Below, piece after piece: positions 34,078 to 34,240 of a stretch of 34,240 nt of DNA. Source of the stretch: Acidimicrobiia bacterium (GTDB lineage: Bacteria; Actinomycetota; Acidimicrobiia; Spongiisociales; UBA11373); assembly GCA_035514255.1 (NCBI GenBank), contig DATKBG010000109.1:1-34240 (forward strand), in the 5' to 3' direction. Below the pieces are notes generated by a model, which saw only the letters and a list, made by a program, of their open reading frames with translations, made no database searches and was not told the DNA's origin. A program made the position numbers and the translations under genes. Position 1 is the stretch's first letter. Each line of letters starts with the position of its first letter.

Positions 34078-34240
34078 TCAATCCCGACCCAAGTCCGAGA
34101 AGCGCGTGAACTCGGGCATGAAGGTCATCTCGACGACCCCGGTGGCCCCGGCACGGTGCTTGGCGATCGCCACCTCGGCGATCCCCCGCTTGTCGGACTG
34201 CTCGTTGTAGTACTCGTCGCGGTAGATGAACATCACCACA
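34078..34240 (-). CDS. dnaB: replicative DNA helicase, C-terminal end (gene continues beyond the right edge)
   Basis: The reverse strand reads VVMFIYRDEYYNEQSDKRGIAEVAIAKHRAGATGVVEMTFMPEFTRFSDLGRD-stop, which is the conserved DnaB C-terminus (YRDEYY...AKHRNG.TG...F....RF). Confidence 0.85.
   Translation of the reverse strand, partial: VVMFIYRDEYYNEQSDKRGIAEVAIAKHRAGATGVVEMTFMPEFTRFSDLGRD

Noticed and set aside
1-34240. CRISPR arrays, tRNA/rRNA genes, transposases, integrases, phage or defence-system genes.
   Set aside because: I saw no spaced direct-repeat array, no tRNA-like acceptor/T-arm pattern in the intergenic regions, and no transposase, integrase or nuclease-type motifs in any frame. 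Absence is judged by eye only.

Overview
High-G+C, gene-dense chromosomal segment that looks actinobacterial (the F420/PPOX-type gene, GTG starts and TGA stops fit this; the taxon is an inference). I can support about 30 protein-coding genes, no rRNA or tRNA, no CRISPR array and no recognisable mobile element. Left to right the window holds: a partial membrane protein, a DUF2306-like membrane protein, a disrupted DUF1648-type membrane gene, dcd, a signal-peptide-less sulfatase and a GntR/FCD regulator. A minus-strand operon follows (MDR-like dehydrogenase, S9 peptidase, enolase-superfamily enzyme, PPOX-like protein). Next is a plus-strand operon (unknown 203-aa protein, amidohydrolase, PLP beta-family lyase, D-aminoacylase-like protein, second amidohydrolase). 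Then come the FAH/Gfo-Idh-MocA pair, a second MDR-like gene with an RraA-like gene and a D-2-hydroxyacid dehydrogenase, and an 867-bp stretch I cannot assign. After that lies a Dpp/Opp-type ABC importer operon ending in an amidase, a second 2-hydroxyacid dehydrogenase, an MFS transporter with an extra C-terminal domain, a decayed AceE-like E1 pseudogene, a class-V aminotransferase-fold gene, an SDR and the 3' end of dnaB. The main theme is a large hydrolase-rich peptide/amide catabolic island; its substrate is unknown. I see no defence, toxin or secretion system. The points most worth a second look are several decayed genes (in-frame TGA, frameshifts, a large deletion), a perfect 26-bp palindrome, an exact 16-mer shared by two control regions, a coupled 16-codon uORF and the unassigned 20.4-21.2 kb region. 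All family calls come from motifs read by eye; no database search was possible.
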